DNA of 64,000 bases from an uncultured cyanobacterium (GCA_963803805.1 CAWDOD010000003.1:192001-256000); one strand, 5' to 3'. Shown: positions 51,401 to 61,178, counted from the first letter of the stretch. The notes: a model not told the origin generated them from the letters alone. A program made the numbers and translations.

Positions 51401-52022
51401 GATTTAAGTTTGGGGACAGATCAATTTCTTGTTCCGGAGAGAGGAATTGGCAAATGTCGGCAATAATTTCTGTTACCGGGGGGGCATTATAGAGCGATCG
51501 CCAAATAATATAGGCAAATTCAGATTGGATTTGTTGAGCTAATTGTACAGATATGGAGGTTTTACCAATGCCTCCCATGCCTAAGATAGCGATGAGACGA
51601 CATTGATCAACGACAATCCATTGTTTAAGTTGGGTAAGTTCTTCTTCTCGCCCATAGAAGGTTGTGACATCAGGAACTTCGCCCCAATCTTGGTTAGTTT
51701 GCGGAGGAGTTTTTGCTGGGGAGACAATGGGGCTGGGTTGAGGAGGTGAGGTAACTTGATACTCTTTTAACCAAGCGATCGCCGCCCGTAAATTCTTCTT
51801 CGTAACCTTGTTTCCCTGTTCATGAGAAAGTAGTCGCCATAATTTTGGCCCTATATCTTTTTTTAAGTACCCCGGACTGAAGTTGTGTTCTTTGGCGATA
51901 TCTTCATAGGTTTTGTTCTGCCAAGTTCCTTTAAAAACAGCAGTTTGAGTCTCTGTTAAATGTTTCCCCGTCTTTGCTAATACAACTGCATCTGCAACTT
52001 TGAAAGCCTCCTCAGAGTTCAT
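48411..52022 (-). CDS. STAND protein: wHTH, NB-ARC, short pentapeptide region, WD40 repeats
   Basis: N-terminal TYEDIA...GPKLWRLLS HTH; GMGGIGKT; LLVLDNAE; GNPLAL; about 14 GH...WD repeats. Confidence 0.93.
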   Translation of the reverse strand: MNSEEAFKVADAVVLAKTGKHLTETQTAVFKGTWQNKTYEDIAKEHNFSPGYLKKDIGPKLWRLLSHEQGNKVTKKNLRAAIAWLKEYQVTSPPQPSPIVSPAKTPPQTNQDWGEVPDVTTFYGREEELTQLKQWIVVDQCRLIAILGMGGIGKTSISVQLAQQIQSEFAYIIWRSLYNAPPVTEIIADICQFLSPEQEIDLSPNLNQQINQLMASLRSAPVLLVLDNAESLLQPSKVGHYQPGYDDYGELFKRIGNSPHQSCLILTSREKPKEVALLEGQTPKVRSCPLRGLKESEGQNFLKDKGCSGSQGQEQELMAYYGGNPLALKLVATYIQEFYGGEIGELLTQIQQGAAQFADIRDLLEQQLSRLSTAEQEVMYWLAINREPTSLPTLQEDIVTTEAKRQLQNSLISLTRRSLVEKERQTNYFTQQPAVREYIIERFIQQIAAEIEGGDISLLMSHALIKAQAKDYIRESQQRIILQPIAESLAAKYQHPQEIAAKLQQLLQTIKNKYHNLPGYGGGNIINLCQELKLNLAAYDFSQLTIWQAYLQDAHLQNVNFAGADLAKSVFAKTLGSSLVVALGKGGILATGDAEGQILLWQVADGRQLLSCQGQTGRVRALAFNPQGDLLASGGEDCLLRLWQVTTGQCLKTWSGHQNQINCLGFSEDNSLLASGSDDQTVRIWDIKTGQPLHTLRGHSKRIHALCFSPNNQILASSSDDQTVRIWELNTGKCLQPFFGDSSWLSAVALAVQPYPLGEYHPGDRPEACFIAATSDDQTIQLWDINQGRCFRTLQGHEDNISAFAFNPDSQILASSSDNRQVKLWDIPTRSCQKTLKIGENVYSLTFSPDQPILAIGSEDKTVQLWDVKLGKRLRTLRGQRNQILSFTFNSEQQILATGSEDKTVQLWDLNTGHCYKILAGHLDWVCSLAFSPNQPTLATGSYDHTIKLWSITTPTPPLTLQGHTDKIKVVTFSPNGQILATGSDDYTIKLWDITTGKCLHTLSGHNRWISEIAFNHDGSILASSSYDRTIKLWNVATGKCFHTLSGHSDRIHRLSFNPTQPTLATGSHDQTIKLWDLNTGECLQTWPNRSQIIQAVTFNPQGQLLIIGSCDHQIQWWQADQEELTTLSKRNNPLWLVNFSSFGQMIISATQDRTIELWDRETSQCLKTLNTDKPYDGTNIQGVTGITQAQQATLKALGAHSS

Positions 52023-52308
52023 ATTTATTGGTACATCCTGATTTTTTTTTAGTCTACCTGAACTTTCCTGACTTTTTCTGTAACTTTTCTACTTACCCCA
52101 TAGCATTTCAACAACTAGAAACCAGAACCAGCCTTCATTTTTAGTTTTTGATTTTTAATTTTTAATTCCCCAAAGCCCTATTCCTGAACTTTACTGTATC
52201 GACTTTTTCTAGGTTCTTGAGCAAACTAAATATAGTCACTCAACCAAGGACTCACCAACAACCAGGTCTTATCTCAAAACTAAATATTTATGAGAGAGGA
52301 TTACTACG

Positions 52309-52467
52309 ATGCTTCTACCAGTTTTAACTTTTTTAAGTGTTAGTTTGCTTTGTACACAACTACTAGCCAAAGAAGAAGAGAAGCCGAAGAAAAAAGAACC
52401 AGAAGAACAATTAGCCGATGCTTTAGCTAAATATCTTTTAAAAGATAGTAAGAAAGCTGAAAGCTAA
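52309..52467 (+). CDS. Small membrane-anchored protein (52 aa; absent from the ORF track)
   Basis: MLLPVLTFLSVSLLCTQLLAKEEEKPKKKEPEEQLADALAKYLLKDSKKAES; GAGGA RBS 8 nt upstream. Confidence 0.6.
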   Translation: MLLPVLTFLSVSLLCTQLLAKEEEKPKKKEPEEQLADALAKYLLKDSKKAES

Positions 52468-52553
52468 CAAGGGCAAAGATTGCTCTAATGACTGAGCAAT
52501 CTTGTCGCCAATCTGCATCTACATTAATTATATTGGTAAATATTTTGTTAGAA

Positions 52554-52952
52554 ATGAAAACTGTTTTAGTGGTAGAAGATGATCCGATTAATTGGAAAGT
52601 TTTTCAAAAGATAATTACTAAACAAGGTGGTTTGGCTGCCAAGCATACAGAAAATGCTGAAGAAGTGATGCAAATTGTCCAGCAAAAAGAAGCAGATATT
52701 ATTCTTATGGATGTTTCTTTAAATAATAGCTACTACCAAGGCAAAGCTGTTGATGGTATTGCCATTACTCAAATGCTTAAAGCCCATCCCCATACTGCTA
52801 AAGTGCCAGTTATTTTAGTTACAGCTAATGGTGGCAGTGGCGATCGCCAGCACTTTTTGGAAACTAGTGGGGCAGATGGCTATATTCCCAAGCCAGTAAC
52901 GGATTATCAAGATTTTGTGGCTCAAATCAAAGCTAAACTTGCTGCAAACTAA
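52554..52952 (+). CDS. Single-domain response regulator (DivK-like)
   Basis: KTVLVVEDD, ILMDVSL, LVTA, YIPKP. Confidence 0.9.
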   Translation: MKTVLVVEDDPINWKVFQKIITKQGGLAAKHTENAEEVMQIVQQKEADIILMDVSLNNSYYQGKAVDGIAITQMLKAHPHTAKVPVILVTANGGSGDRQHFLETSGADGYIPKPVTDYQDFVAQIKAKLAAN

Positions 52953-53026
52953 GAGAATTGTTTTTACTTTTTAGTCCTGTTTTTCCTTCAACAATTTGTA
53001 TATCTTAAATAATCGGGGTAGCAAAA

Positions 53027-53455
53027 ATGATCAGTACTGTATTAGATTCCGTTGAGGATTATCAGCAATTGTCCCCTTCTCTTGATAAACTTAAACCAGT
53101 TCAATCCAAGACTGTAGCTATTTTTAATCCCTACTGTAAAAGTAGCCGACGCAGTTTTTTGCCTCTTGCTCTTAATCTTTATCAAAAAGGTCATTTGGAA
53201 GGAGAAAGAAAAATAGCTGGAGGAAAAAATATTTCTTTTGTGGCTAGTTGGTCTACGGATGTTAATTTTATTCCTTCCCAATTCACCTATTGTATTGTTC
53301 AGTTTAATGGGAATGCTGAGTTAAGTTATAAAGTCTTGGTTCTTAATTCGGAATTCATTAATTATCTTATTGATATGATAGTTAGCTATCAAAAGAACGG
53401 TGATACAGATTTTCCTCAGTCTTTTTATTATAAGTTACTCCGCATGGATAAATAA
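53027..53455 (+). CDS. EbsA-like protein (type IV pilus/biofilm-associated)
   Basis: PY...R..LPLALNLYQKGHLEGERKI.GG..ISFVASW...ELSY...DFPQSFYYKLL. Confidence 0.72.
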   Translation: MISTVLDSVEDYQQLSPSLDKLKPVQSKTVAIFNPYCKSSRRSFLPLALNLYQKGHLEGERKIAGGKNISFVASWSTDVNFIPSQFTYCIVQFNGNAELSYKVLVLNSEFINYLIDMIVSYQKNGDTDFPQSFYYKLLRMDK

Positions 53456-53686
53456 GTCTTTTATATAACGTCAATCTCTACAAGACGTTATCAATTTTGC
53501 TCCTGGTGCAGAACGCGATATATAACTTTCGGTAAGAAACAAGGGAAAGTTATGTGTCGCGTTTTTCTTATTAATTTGATAAGCTGTCCGTGCTTTTAAA
53601 TTGGTTTGTGAAGGGAGGGTTTGCGCTTATGGTTGCCGTAAGGTTATAGGCAATAGGGAACAAGGAATAAGATGGTTTTTAACTTA

Positions 53687-54786
53687 TTAGTTAATCTTTA
53701 AGACAGTGTTGTTGTCAATTAAAGCAGGTTTGCCTTCTTGATTAATAGCACTGAAACCCTGAAAATAATCACCAATTTCTTCTGGGAAAGTGGGGAAGTT
53801 GAAAATACTATCTCCTTGGGCAATATCGGCCCAAAAATAACGTAAATTGCCGATATATTTTTCTGCTTCAGTAACTGGCAAATTGAGTGGTGGATCAGTT
53901 AATAATCTCATCATAAAAGGATAGGAGCGATCGCCCATCCATTCTCTGGAAAAATGCGGTAAGTTTTCTTTGCCAGGGACAGATTTTATTTGCTGGGAAG
54001 TGATGTTTAATTCTTTTTCTCCCAATTCGTTGGTGTTGAGTTCTAAGATGCGGTAGGGGTGAGGATAGCTAACTAAAGAACCTGTGGTAATTTCATAAAG
54101 TTCTTCTTCTTGGGCAATATCTTGAACGTGTAAATGCCCTGTGAAAATTAATTGAACTCCATAATGACGTAGTAACTTTTTTAATTGGGGAGCATTATCA
54201 AGCATATAACGCTGTCCTAAAGGATGTAAAGATTGTCCAGGTAAATGTTCTACGACATTATGATGTACCATAACCATAATAAATTTGTTTTGGTATTGAG
54301 AAAGAACCTTTTCTAACCAAATTAATTGTGGTTGATCTAAGCAACCAATTTGTTGCCCAGAATTATCAAATTGATTAGAATTTAAGGCAATTAATTGTAG
54401 TCCGGGGTGTATTTCTTTGGTGTAATAAAGTTGTTGAGGATCATCATAACCAAAGTCTTGATAATAACTAGGAAAATCTTTTAAACCAATACATTTATCC
54501 GTACCATGGAGGCTGGGTACATCATGGTTGCCGGGAATTACATAAGTGGGAAAAGGTAGGGAAGCGAGGCGCTTTTTTAACCAGGAATGGTTTTCTGGTT
54601 CCCCATGTTGAGTTAAGTCTCCTGGTAGGAGGAGAAAGTCTAAGTTAAGGGTTTCTAAATAAGTTAAAGCTATTTCTAAGGCGGGGATACTTACTTCTAT
54701 TAAATGAAATCTTTTCGGGCTATCCCAAATGGTTTCTGGTAAGCCGATATGTAAGTCACTAATTACAGCAAAACGTAAATTCATCA
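53687..54786 (-). CDS. Calcineurin-like metallophosphoesterase
   Basis: SDLH, GDLT, GNHD, HH and GHLH motifs; start approximate. Confidence 0.92.
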
Positions 54787-54836
54787 TTAAAAAATTATTA
54801 TTTATCATCAGATATTTATTATCAAACATTTATCAC

Positions 54837-55278
54837 CGTAGGGGCGACTCGTTTACGAGGTGTCGTGGGCAAACCAAGATGTGAATTGAGTCGCCCGTTA
54901 CTCGTTTACGAGGTGTTGTGGGCAAACCAAGATGTGAATTGAGTCGCCCGTTACTCGTTTACGAGGTGTTGTGGGCAAACCAAGATGTGAATTGAGTCGC
55001 CCGTTACTCGTTTACGAGGTGTTGTGGGCAAACCAAGATGTGAATTGAGTCGCCCGTTACTCGTTTACGAGGTGTTGTGGGCAAACCGAGATGTGAATTG
55101 AGTCGCCCGTTACTCGTTTACGAGGTGTTGTGGGCAAACCGAGATGTGAATTGAGTCGCCCGTTACTCGTTTACGAGGTGTTGTGGGCAAACCGAGATGT
55201 GAATTGAGTCGCCCGTTACTCGTTTACGAGGTGTTGTGGGCAAACCGAGATGTGAATTGAGTCACTAAGTCGCCCCGT
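54837..55278. repeat. Tandem array of about 7.9 x 53-bp REP-like units
   Basis: Unit ACTCGTTTACGAGGTGTTGTGGGCAAACCRAGATGTGAATTGAGTCGCCCGTT at 54847, 54900, 54953, 55006, 55059, 55112, 55165 and 55218. Confidence 0.95.
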
Positions 55279-55343
55279 CACCCCATCTCTCCGACAAAAT
55301 GTTAAATTAATTCTGCCCAAGTACTTAGTAGGAGATTTAATTC

Positions 55344-55976
55344 TTGGCAAGATTTCGAGTTCGACAGCACGTTAACCCCTTATCTCAAAAGTATCAAACT
55401 CCTGCCACTCCTCCTCAATGGCAGGAAGTTTATCAAGATCCGACTCAACCATTACATTTGGATATTGGTTCAGGTTGGGGCAGTTTTTTGTTGACAATGG
55501 CACAACTTCATAAGGATGTTAATTTTCTGGGCTTAGAAATTCGTAAACCTTTGGTAGATAAGGCTAATTACGAAAAGGAAGAACTTGCCTTAAATAATCT
55601 CCATTTCTTATTTTGCAATGTTAATAATTCTTTGGGGGAGTTATTAAGTTCATTACCTACCCAAGGGCTACAATGTGTGACGATTCAATTTCCAGATCCT
55701 TGGTTCAAGAGAAAACATATTAAACGTCGGGTTATTCAACCGGAGTTAGTGGATATTTTGGCTCAATTTTTAATATCAGGAGGTACAGTTTTTTTACAAT
55801 CAGATGTTGAAGCGATGACGAAAGAAATGCGTCAATCTTTTGATAAGCATCCTGCTTTTAAGCAACAACATGAAGAAGTTTATTTAACAGAAAATCCTTT
55901 TCCGCCTACAGAAAGAGAGGCTTATACTTTGAAGTTAGAAAAGCCAGTTTATCGGGCATTTATCATTAAACATTAA
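55344..55976 (+). CDS. trmB: tRNA (guanine-N7)-methyltransferase
   Basis: RVRQHVNPL, LDIGSG, GLEIR, FPDPWFKRKHIKRR. Confidence 0.96.
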   Translation: MARFRVRQHVNPLSQKYQTPATPPQWQEVYQDPTQPLHLDIGSGWGSFLLTMAQLHKDVNFLGLEIRKPLVDKANYEKEELALNNLHFLFCNVNNSLGELLSSLPTQGLQCVTIQFPDPWFKRKHIKRRVIQPELVDILAQFLISGGTVFLQSDVEAMTKEMRQSFDKHPAFKQQHEEVYLTENPFPPTEREAYTLKLEKPVYRAFIIKH

Positions 55977-56045
55977 ACATTGAAAATAAACATTAAATAT
56001 TTAAAATTGGATGCTCGTTATTGGATTGCGATCGCAAAATTATAG

Positions 56046-56107
56046 GTAGGGGCGGGTTTTCGTAAATGTCTGTTATTGCCTAAGATATAAATAAACCCGC
56101 CCTTACA
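56046..56107. repeat. REP-like palindromic element
   Basis: GTAGGGGCGGGTTT...AAACCCGCCCTTAC between convergent genes. Confidence 0.7.
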
Positions 56108-56117
56108 GTTTATGGGA

Positions 56118-59100
56118 TTACCCTTCTTCGATAACTATTTGCCACAAAGCATCGATAACATGGCCAAGCTGAGGGTGATTTTCATTTTCCTGAAGCCATT
56201 GTACTATTAGAGGGAGAATGCAGGAATCTTTTTTCCCTAGTTTACCCAAAGTATTAGCAGCACCGTAGCACACAGCAATATAATCACTACGAAGAAGAGG
56301 AATTAAAGCAGTCACTATTAGCTTCCCTACTTTTCCTAAATTCCCTAAAGCCTTAGCAGCACTATAGCGCACCCTAGAATCATCTTCGTGAAGGAGAGAG
56401 AGCAAAGCCGTTACTACTTCTTCTGATGCTTCTCCTAATTTACCCAAAGCATCAGCAACAAAATAGCGTATGTCATCATCTCCTTCAAGGAGAGAGAGCA
56501 AAGCCGTCACTACTTCTTCTGGTGCTTTTTCCAAATCACCCAGAGCATCAGCAGCACGGAAGCGTACAGAGTAATGATCGTCATGAAGAAGAGGTAGTAA
56601 AGCCGTCACCACTTCTTCTGATGCTTCTCCTAATTTACCTAAAGTAATAGCAGCACCGAAGCGTACCCTAGCATTATCATCACGAAGGAGAGGAAGCAAA
56701 GCATTTACTACCTCCTCTGATGCCTTTCCTAACTTACCTAAAGCATCAGCAGCACAATAGCGTACATCAGAATCATCATCACGAAGGAGAGGAAGCAAAG
56801 CATTTATTACCTCCTCTGATGCCTTTCCTAACTTACCTAAAGCATCAGCAGTACGAAAGCGCACCCTGGAATCATCATCACGAAGGAGAGGAAGCAAAGC
56901 ATTTATTACCTCCTCTGATGCTTTTCCTAACTTACCTAAAGCATCAGCAGTACGAAAGCGCACCCTGGAATCATCATCACGAAGGAGAGGAAGCAAAGCA
57001 TTTATTACCTCCTCTGATGCTTTTCCTAATTCACCTAGATTAGAAGCAGCAAAAGAGCGTATATGCCAGCTATTGTCCTCGCAAAGCAGAATTGAAGCAG
57101 TGATTACCCCTTGCTTTTCCCCTAACTCCACACGATATTTCTGCAACCTTACTTTATCAACTTTCTCACCTTCAGCCTTCAATAAATCTAAAACTTGCTT
57201 CTCAAAAGCTGTCTCATACAAACGCCGTAAAGTCTGAAAACCCTGCTCTCTAATTCGCCAACCAACCTGATTATCATCACTCACCTCCAAAGCCACCAAC
57301 CGAGTTAAAACCTCCTCCACCAAACCAGCATCAGCAACCCCTAGCCCCTTGGGATCTTCTGCTAAACAACTGCCTGCAAAAAATAAATCTCGATGTAACC
57401 ATTGCTCATATTCACTGCCGTTGTGTAAAATCGCTTTAATCGCCTTCGCTGCTTTCTTGGGCTTTTGCTGGGCAATTAACAATAGCAAAACTTCTCGCCA
57501 GTGAGGATCATGGAGATGTGCTTTAATATGATCAAGGATAATCTCAAAATCCCCTTCATTATCTGCTTGATAATCAATCTCTTGCCCACAGAGATATTCC
57601 TGGAAAGTCTTATGGACAAAAGCATAGCAGTTTTGTCCTTGTTCATTTAGTAACCCGGTGCGCTCTTGAATTAAACTAAGAAAACGCTTTGCTTCTTCCT
57701 TTGCTTCATAGGCTTGAATACCTTTGAGGGTTTTTATTTCCCCCTTCAACTTAGCTAACAACTCCTCACAATCAATTAAAGTTCCCCCTTCTTCATCCCC
57801 TGTATTACCTTCATTGTGTATCCAATAAGCAATGATTTCCAAAATCCGCCGCAAGTCATCTAAACTGAGATATTGCAATACTTTGTGTGCCGTAATCTCT
57901 TTGTTAGCATCCCAGGAAGTAAGCAAGGTTTCCACTGCTTTATCATAGAGTTTGTAACGTTCCTTGGGTAAAACCGCTTGATAACGATGGATTAAGGCGA
58001 TGATGGTTAATAACAGGGGATTCCGGGCGAGGAGTTTGATTCTTTCATTATCAGCCAAAGCCTTATGCAAATTCTCCTTGCACCTTGCTGCTTCCCCAGA
58101 ATCTTTCACCCGGCTATCATACCAATGGTTAACAAACTCCTCTAACTTCTCATCATCAAAAGCTTGTAACTCAAAACGGGGAAACTCTTCGGTACGGAAA
58201 AAGTCCCGTTTATAACCAGCCGGGCGGGAAGTAATAATCGCCCGGTTATGGGGAAACTGCCCCAAAAAGTTCTCAATGCGGCGGACAATTTCGTAACGCT
58301 TGCCCGTTTCTGCAACCTCATCTAAGCCATCAAGCAAAATCAAAGCCCGCCCATCTTCTAACCAATAATTAAAGAAGCCTGTGGGTAAAATTTTCACGGC
58401 TAAACGTTTTTCAGCAAACTGTTTGGCAAACTCCAAAATACTCACATCCCCCCACCTTGCTAAGTCGCGAATACGAATAATTATGGGTAGGTAATCTACA
58501 TCAGGATGTAAACCCAACTTCTCCCTTTCTCCTTGTGCCAACATCACCGCAAAGTAGCTAGCTAAGGTGGTTTTCCCTGAACCCGGCGCACCCAACAGCA
58601 CAAACTTCTTTGAGTCTGTTTGTTGCAAAAGCTGCGAAGCCAGAAACTTTCGCCCCGAAGGTTTGCTGAAAGCCCGTTGTCGTTGCTGGGCAAGTAAGAC
58701 TTGTTGTCGATTCTCTTCCCCTCCATAGTTCCCTAATTCAAAAACAAAATCCCTACCCCCATCTTCAACCACATCAGGCATCACAAATATTTGTGCCAAC
58801 TTCTCCGACTTCTCCACTTCCTGCCCCGCCACAGGCATCCCCGCAAACTTAACATCATCAAACCAATTTGCCAGTTGAGTGAGGTAATCTTCTTTGGCTA
58901 CCTGAAACTTAAGAAAAGCGTTGGTATTTTCAAAATAGGTTTTAGAAAAAACTTCTAACCAAGGCTTAACCAAATCCCTATCTATCTCTCCCTTCCCCGC
59001 AAAAAACCCCTCCCCTGCTTCTACAAAAGCCTTAGCCAAAAAATCCACATCAGGCAAACCTTCACCCTTGAGGGGCTTCTGTAACTCCTCTACTTGCGCC

Positions 59101-59318
59101 TCAAAAAACTGCCTCAGAAACTTCCTAATAAAATCAGGAGGACAACGATAAAACAACAAATTATATTCTTTCGTCGCCTCTCTAATCGCCCTATTCATTG
59201 CCTTACAAAGATCATCGCCGTTAAGTTTACTGTTAACCCCTCTCAGTAAAAACTCAACTCCCTTAACCGTAATACACTCTGCTGCCCAACCTGCGATCGC
59301 TGTTGTAACTGGTTCCAT
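56118..59318 (-). CDS. NACHT NTPase with C-terminal HEAT repeats (NLR-like)
   Basis: GAPGSGKTT, LLDGLDEV, ITSRP, NPLLL, FVHKTFQEYL; about 9 33-aa HEAT repeats. Confidence 0.93.
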   Translation of the reverse strand: MEPVTTAIAGWAAECITVKGVEFLLRGVNSKLNGDDLCKAMNRAIREATKEYNLLFYRCPPDFIRKFLRQFFEAQVEELQKPLKGEGLPDVDFLAKAFVEAGEGFFAGKGEIDRDLVKPWLEVFSKTYFENTNAFLKFQVAKEDYLTQLANWFDDVKFAGMPVAGQEVEKSEKLAQIFVMPDVVEDGGRDFVFELGNYGGEENRQQVLLAQQRQRAFSKPSGRKFLASQLLQQTDSKKFVLLGAPGSGKTTLASYFAVMLAQGEREKLGLHPDVDYLPIIIRIRDLARWGDVSILEFAKQFAEKRLAVKILPTGFFNYWLEDGRALILLDGLDEVAETGKRYEIVRRIENFLGQFPHNRAIITSRPAGYKRDFFRTEEFPRFELQAFDDEKLEEFVNHWYDSRVKDSGEAARCKENLHKALADNERIKLLARNPLLLTIIALIHRYQAVLPKERYKLYDKAVETLLTSWDANKEITAHKVLQYLSLDDLRRILEIIAYWIHNEGNTGDEEGGTLIDCEELLAKLKGEIKTLKGIQAYEAKEEAKRFLSLIQERTGLLNEQGQNCYAFVHKTFQEYLCGQEIDYQADNEGDFEIILDHIKAHLHDPHWREVLLLLIAQQKPKKAAKAIKAILHNGSEYEQWLHRDLFFAGSCLAEDPKGLGVADAGLVEEVLTRLVALEVSDDNQVGWRIREQGFQTLRRLYETAFEKQVLDLLKAEGEKVDKVRLQKYRVELGEKQGVITASILLCEDNSWHIRSFAASNLGELGKASEEVINALLPLLRDDDSRVRFRTADALGKLGKASEEVINALLPLLRDDDSRVRFRTADALGKLGKASEEVINALLPLLRDDDSDVRYCAADALGKLGKASEEVVNALLPLLRDDNARVRFGAAITLGKLGEASEEVVTALLPLLHDDHYSVRFRAADALGDLEKAPEEVVTALLSLLEGDDDIRYFVADALGKLGEASEEVVTALLSLLHEDDSRVRYSAAKALGNLGKVGKLIVTALIPLLRSDYIAVCYGAANTLGKLGKKDSCILPLIVQWLQENENHPQLGHVIDALWQIVIEEG

Positions 59319-59553
59319 TTTTTCAAATTAAAAATTAGAAGTCGTTTGTGTAAACCTTCTCGTAAAATCAAGTCGCATATTCACCCTAGAATCTGCATAG
59401 TAACATCCCCCCCAGAGAGAAGAAGTCATTAGGAAAGCTTTTTACCCCTTCTATTCATGTGAGTTTATTTTTGTAACACAACTCTCATTCAAAAACATTT
59501 TATGCCATAATACACATACAAAGCGACATTCTCGTAGCAAAAAGGGAAGCAAA

Positions 59554-59952
59554 ATGAAAGCATCTGTTTCTAAATGTCTAGTTGGCTTAACAATTTTAGT
59601 AACAACAACTTGGGCAACTGTTGCCCGTGCGGATTGGGTTAGGGTATTAACTGATCAAGCAAATAATGTGGTTTTCTATATAGAACCTAGCACCATTCAG
59701 CTTAATAATAGTAGATACTATTTTCTGGCTCACTTACAACTTATAACTCCGGAATACTTGCCAGCATATGAAGCCGAAGTAAGTAGTGCCAATGTGCTTT
59801 TTTCAACTGATTGTAACACTGGTGATTTTCAAGCACACCAGGAAGAAGGATTTGATGCCCAAGGTAATAGCTTAGGAACTTTGGAAGTAAGCATCCAATA
59901 TTCAACACTTACTAAAGGGGCAGATGCTATCAAAAACTTTGTTTGCAACTAA
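59554..59952 (+). CDS. Secreted hypothetical protein
   Basis: Signal peptide ending ARA-DW; DC...FVC Cys pair. Confidence 0.7.
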   Translation: MKASVSKCLVGLTILVTTTWATVARADWVRVLTDQANNVVFYIEPSTIQLNNSRYYFLAHLQLITPEYLPAYEAEVSSANVLFSTDCNTGDFQAHQEEGFDAQGNSLGTLEVSIQYSTLTKGADAIKNFVCN

Positions 59953-60887
59953 AAATTCTGAATCTTTTCTAACAACTCCCTCGCTTTATTCGCCCATTGC
60001 TGATTATTTTGATTAATGTATAAATCCCTCGCATACTCAATAACTCGCCTCGCTTCACCATAGCGTCCCTGACGAATAAAAACTAGACCCGCAGAATAAT
60101 AAGCACTAGCATAATTAGGATTGCTTTCTGTTACCTTGCGAAAAGAGTTAAGGGCTGCTTCCAAATTATTCTCTGTAAAATAAATGCCCCCTAAATTATA
60201 GTGAGCATCAGCATAATTAGGATTAATTTGAATCGCTTTTTGTAAAGCATCCTTAGCAGCCTTACTTTGATTTTGCTGTAAATAAATTTGCCCTAAATAA
60301 TAATATGGTTCGGGGGCAGTGGGGCTATACTTAGCAGCATTACGAAAAGAAGTAACTGCTTGATCTATCTCTCCTAACTGCACTAACACTAAACCTAAAT
60401 TATAATGAGCTAATCCCATTTCTGGATTTTGTTGCAAAGCTAGGGTTAAATACTCCTTCGCTTGAGGAAAATTCTTTCCTTCTAATAATGCCGCCCCCAA
60501 ATTAGCAAAAGCTAAAGTGAAGTTAGGGTCAATTTTAATCGCTTCATAAAAAGCATTTGCTGCTGTTTGCAGTTGACCTTTTTGTCGCAAAGCTAAGCCT
60601 AAATTATAATGGGCTGCGGCTAACTTAGGGTTCAAGCGGGCTGATTCAGTAAAAGCTGCGATCGCCCCATCTAATTGTCCTTGTTTAATTAAACTTAATC
60701 CCTCATTCAATTTTGCTGCTGCTGCTGGAGTTGTGGGAGTTAACACCGGAGGTAAAGGATTTTGGGCCAAAACTTGCTGAGTCAGTTTTCCGCTACCGAC
60801 AAAACAAAAAGTTCCTGCAACTAGCAAACCCAAAAACTTGTAGGCATTGTTGCAACAAACTCGGAAGAAAACGTTGCTAATATTCAT
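59949..60887 (-). CDS. Exported TPR protein
   Basis: Signal-like leader; repeated AHYNLG TPRs. Confidence 0.9.
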   Translation of the reverse strand: MNISNVFFRVCCNNAYKFLGLLVAGTFCFVGSGKLTQQVLAQNPLPPVLTPTTPAAAAKLNEGLSLIKQGQLDGAIAAFTESARLNPKLAAAHYNLGLALRQKGQLQTAANAFYEAIKIDPNFTLAFANLGAALLEGKNFPQAKEYLTLALQQNPEMGLAHYNLGLVLVQLGEIDQAVTSFRNAAKYSPTAPEPYYYLGQIYLQQNQSKAAKDALQKAIQINPNYADAHYNLGGIYFTENNLEAALNSFRKVTESNPNYASAYYSAGLVFIRQGRYGEARRVIEYARDLYINQNNQQWANKARELLEKIQNF

Positions 60888-61178
60888 CTAAATTAGTACT
60901 TATTTATATTTGGTAAGCTTACTTAATTATTTAGAGTAGTTGCCTTACAAGAGATTGCAATTTTGTTCTTGGTGGCACTATTACAGGTTAACCTCACTAA
61001 ATGTAGGGATGCAAAAAAGCAATTTATATTTTACTTTATAGCAATTTTGCCCATTACTAAAGCATCTCTCATCTAGCTATTAGCCATTAGCTATTAGCCA
61101 TCAACACACCATAATTATTTAATTTTAGGAGGACACGGCCATACTCATCGATTAAAGAGGAAAGCCGTGGAGGTTTAA

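Noticed and set aside
54837-55278. CRISPR array
   Set aside because: Units are contiguous and essentially identical with no unique spacers; no cas genes in the window
56426-57043. His-rich repeat ORFs on the + strand
   Set aside because: Antisense shadows of the 99-bp HEAT repeats
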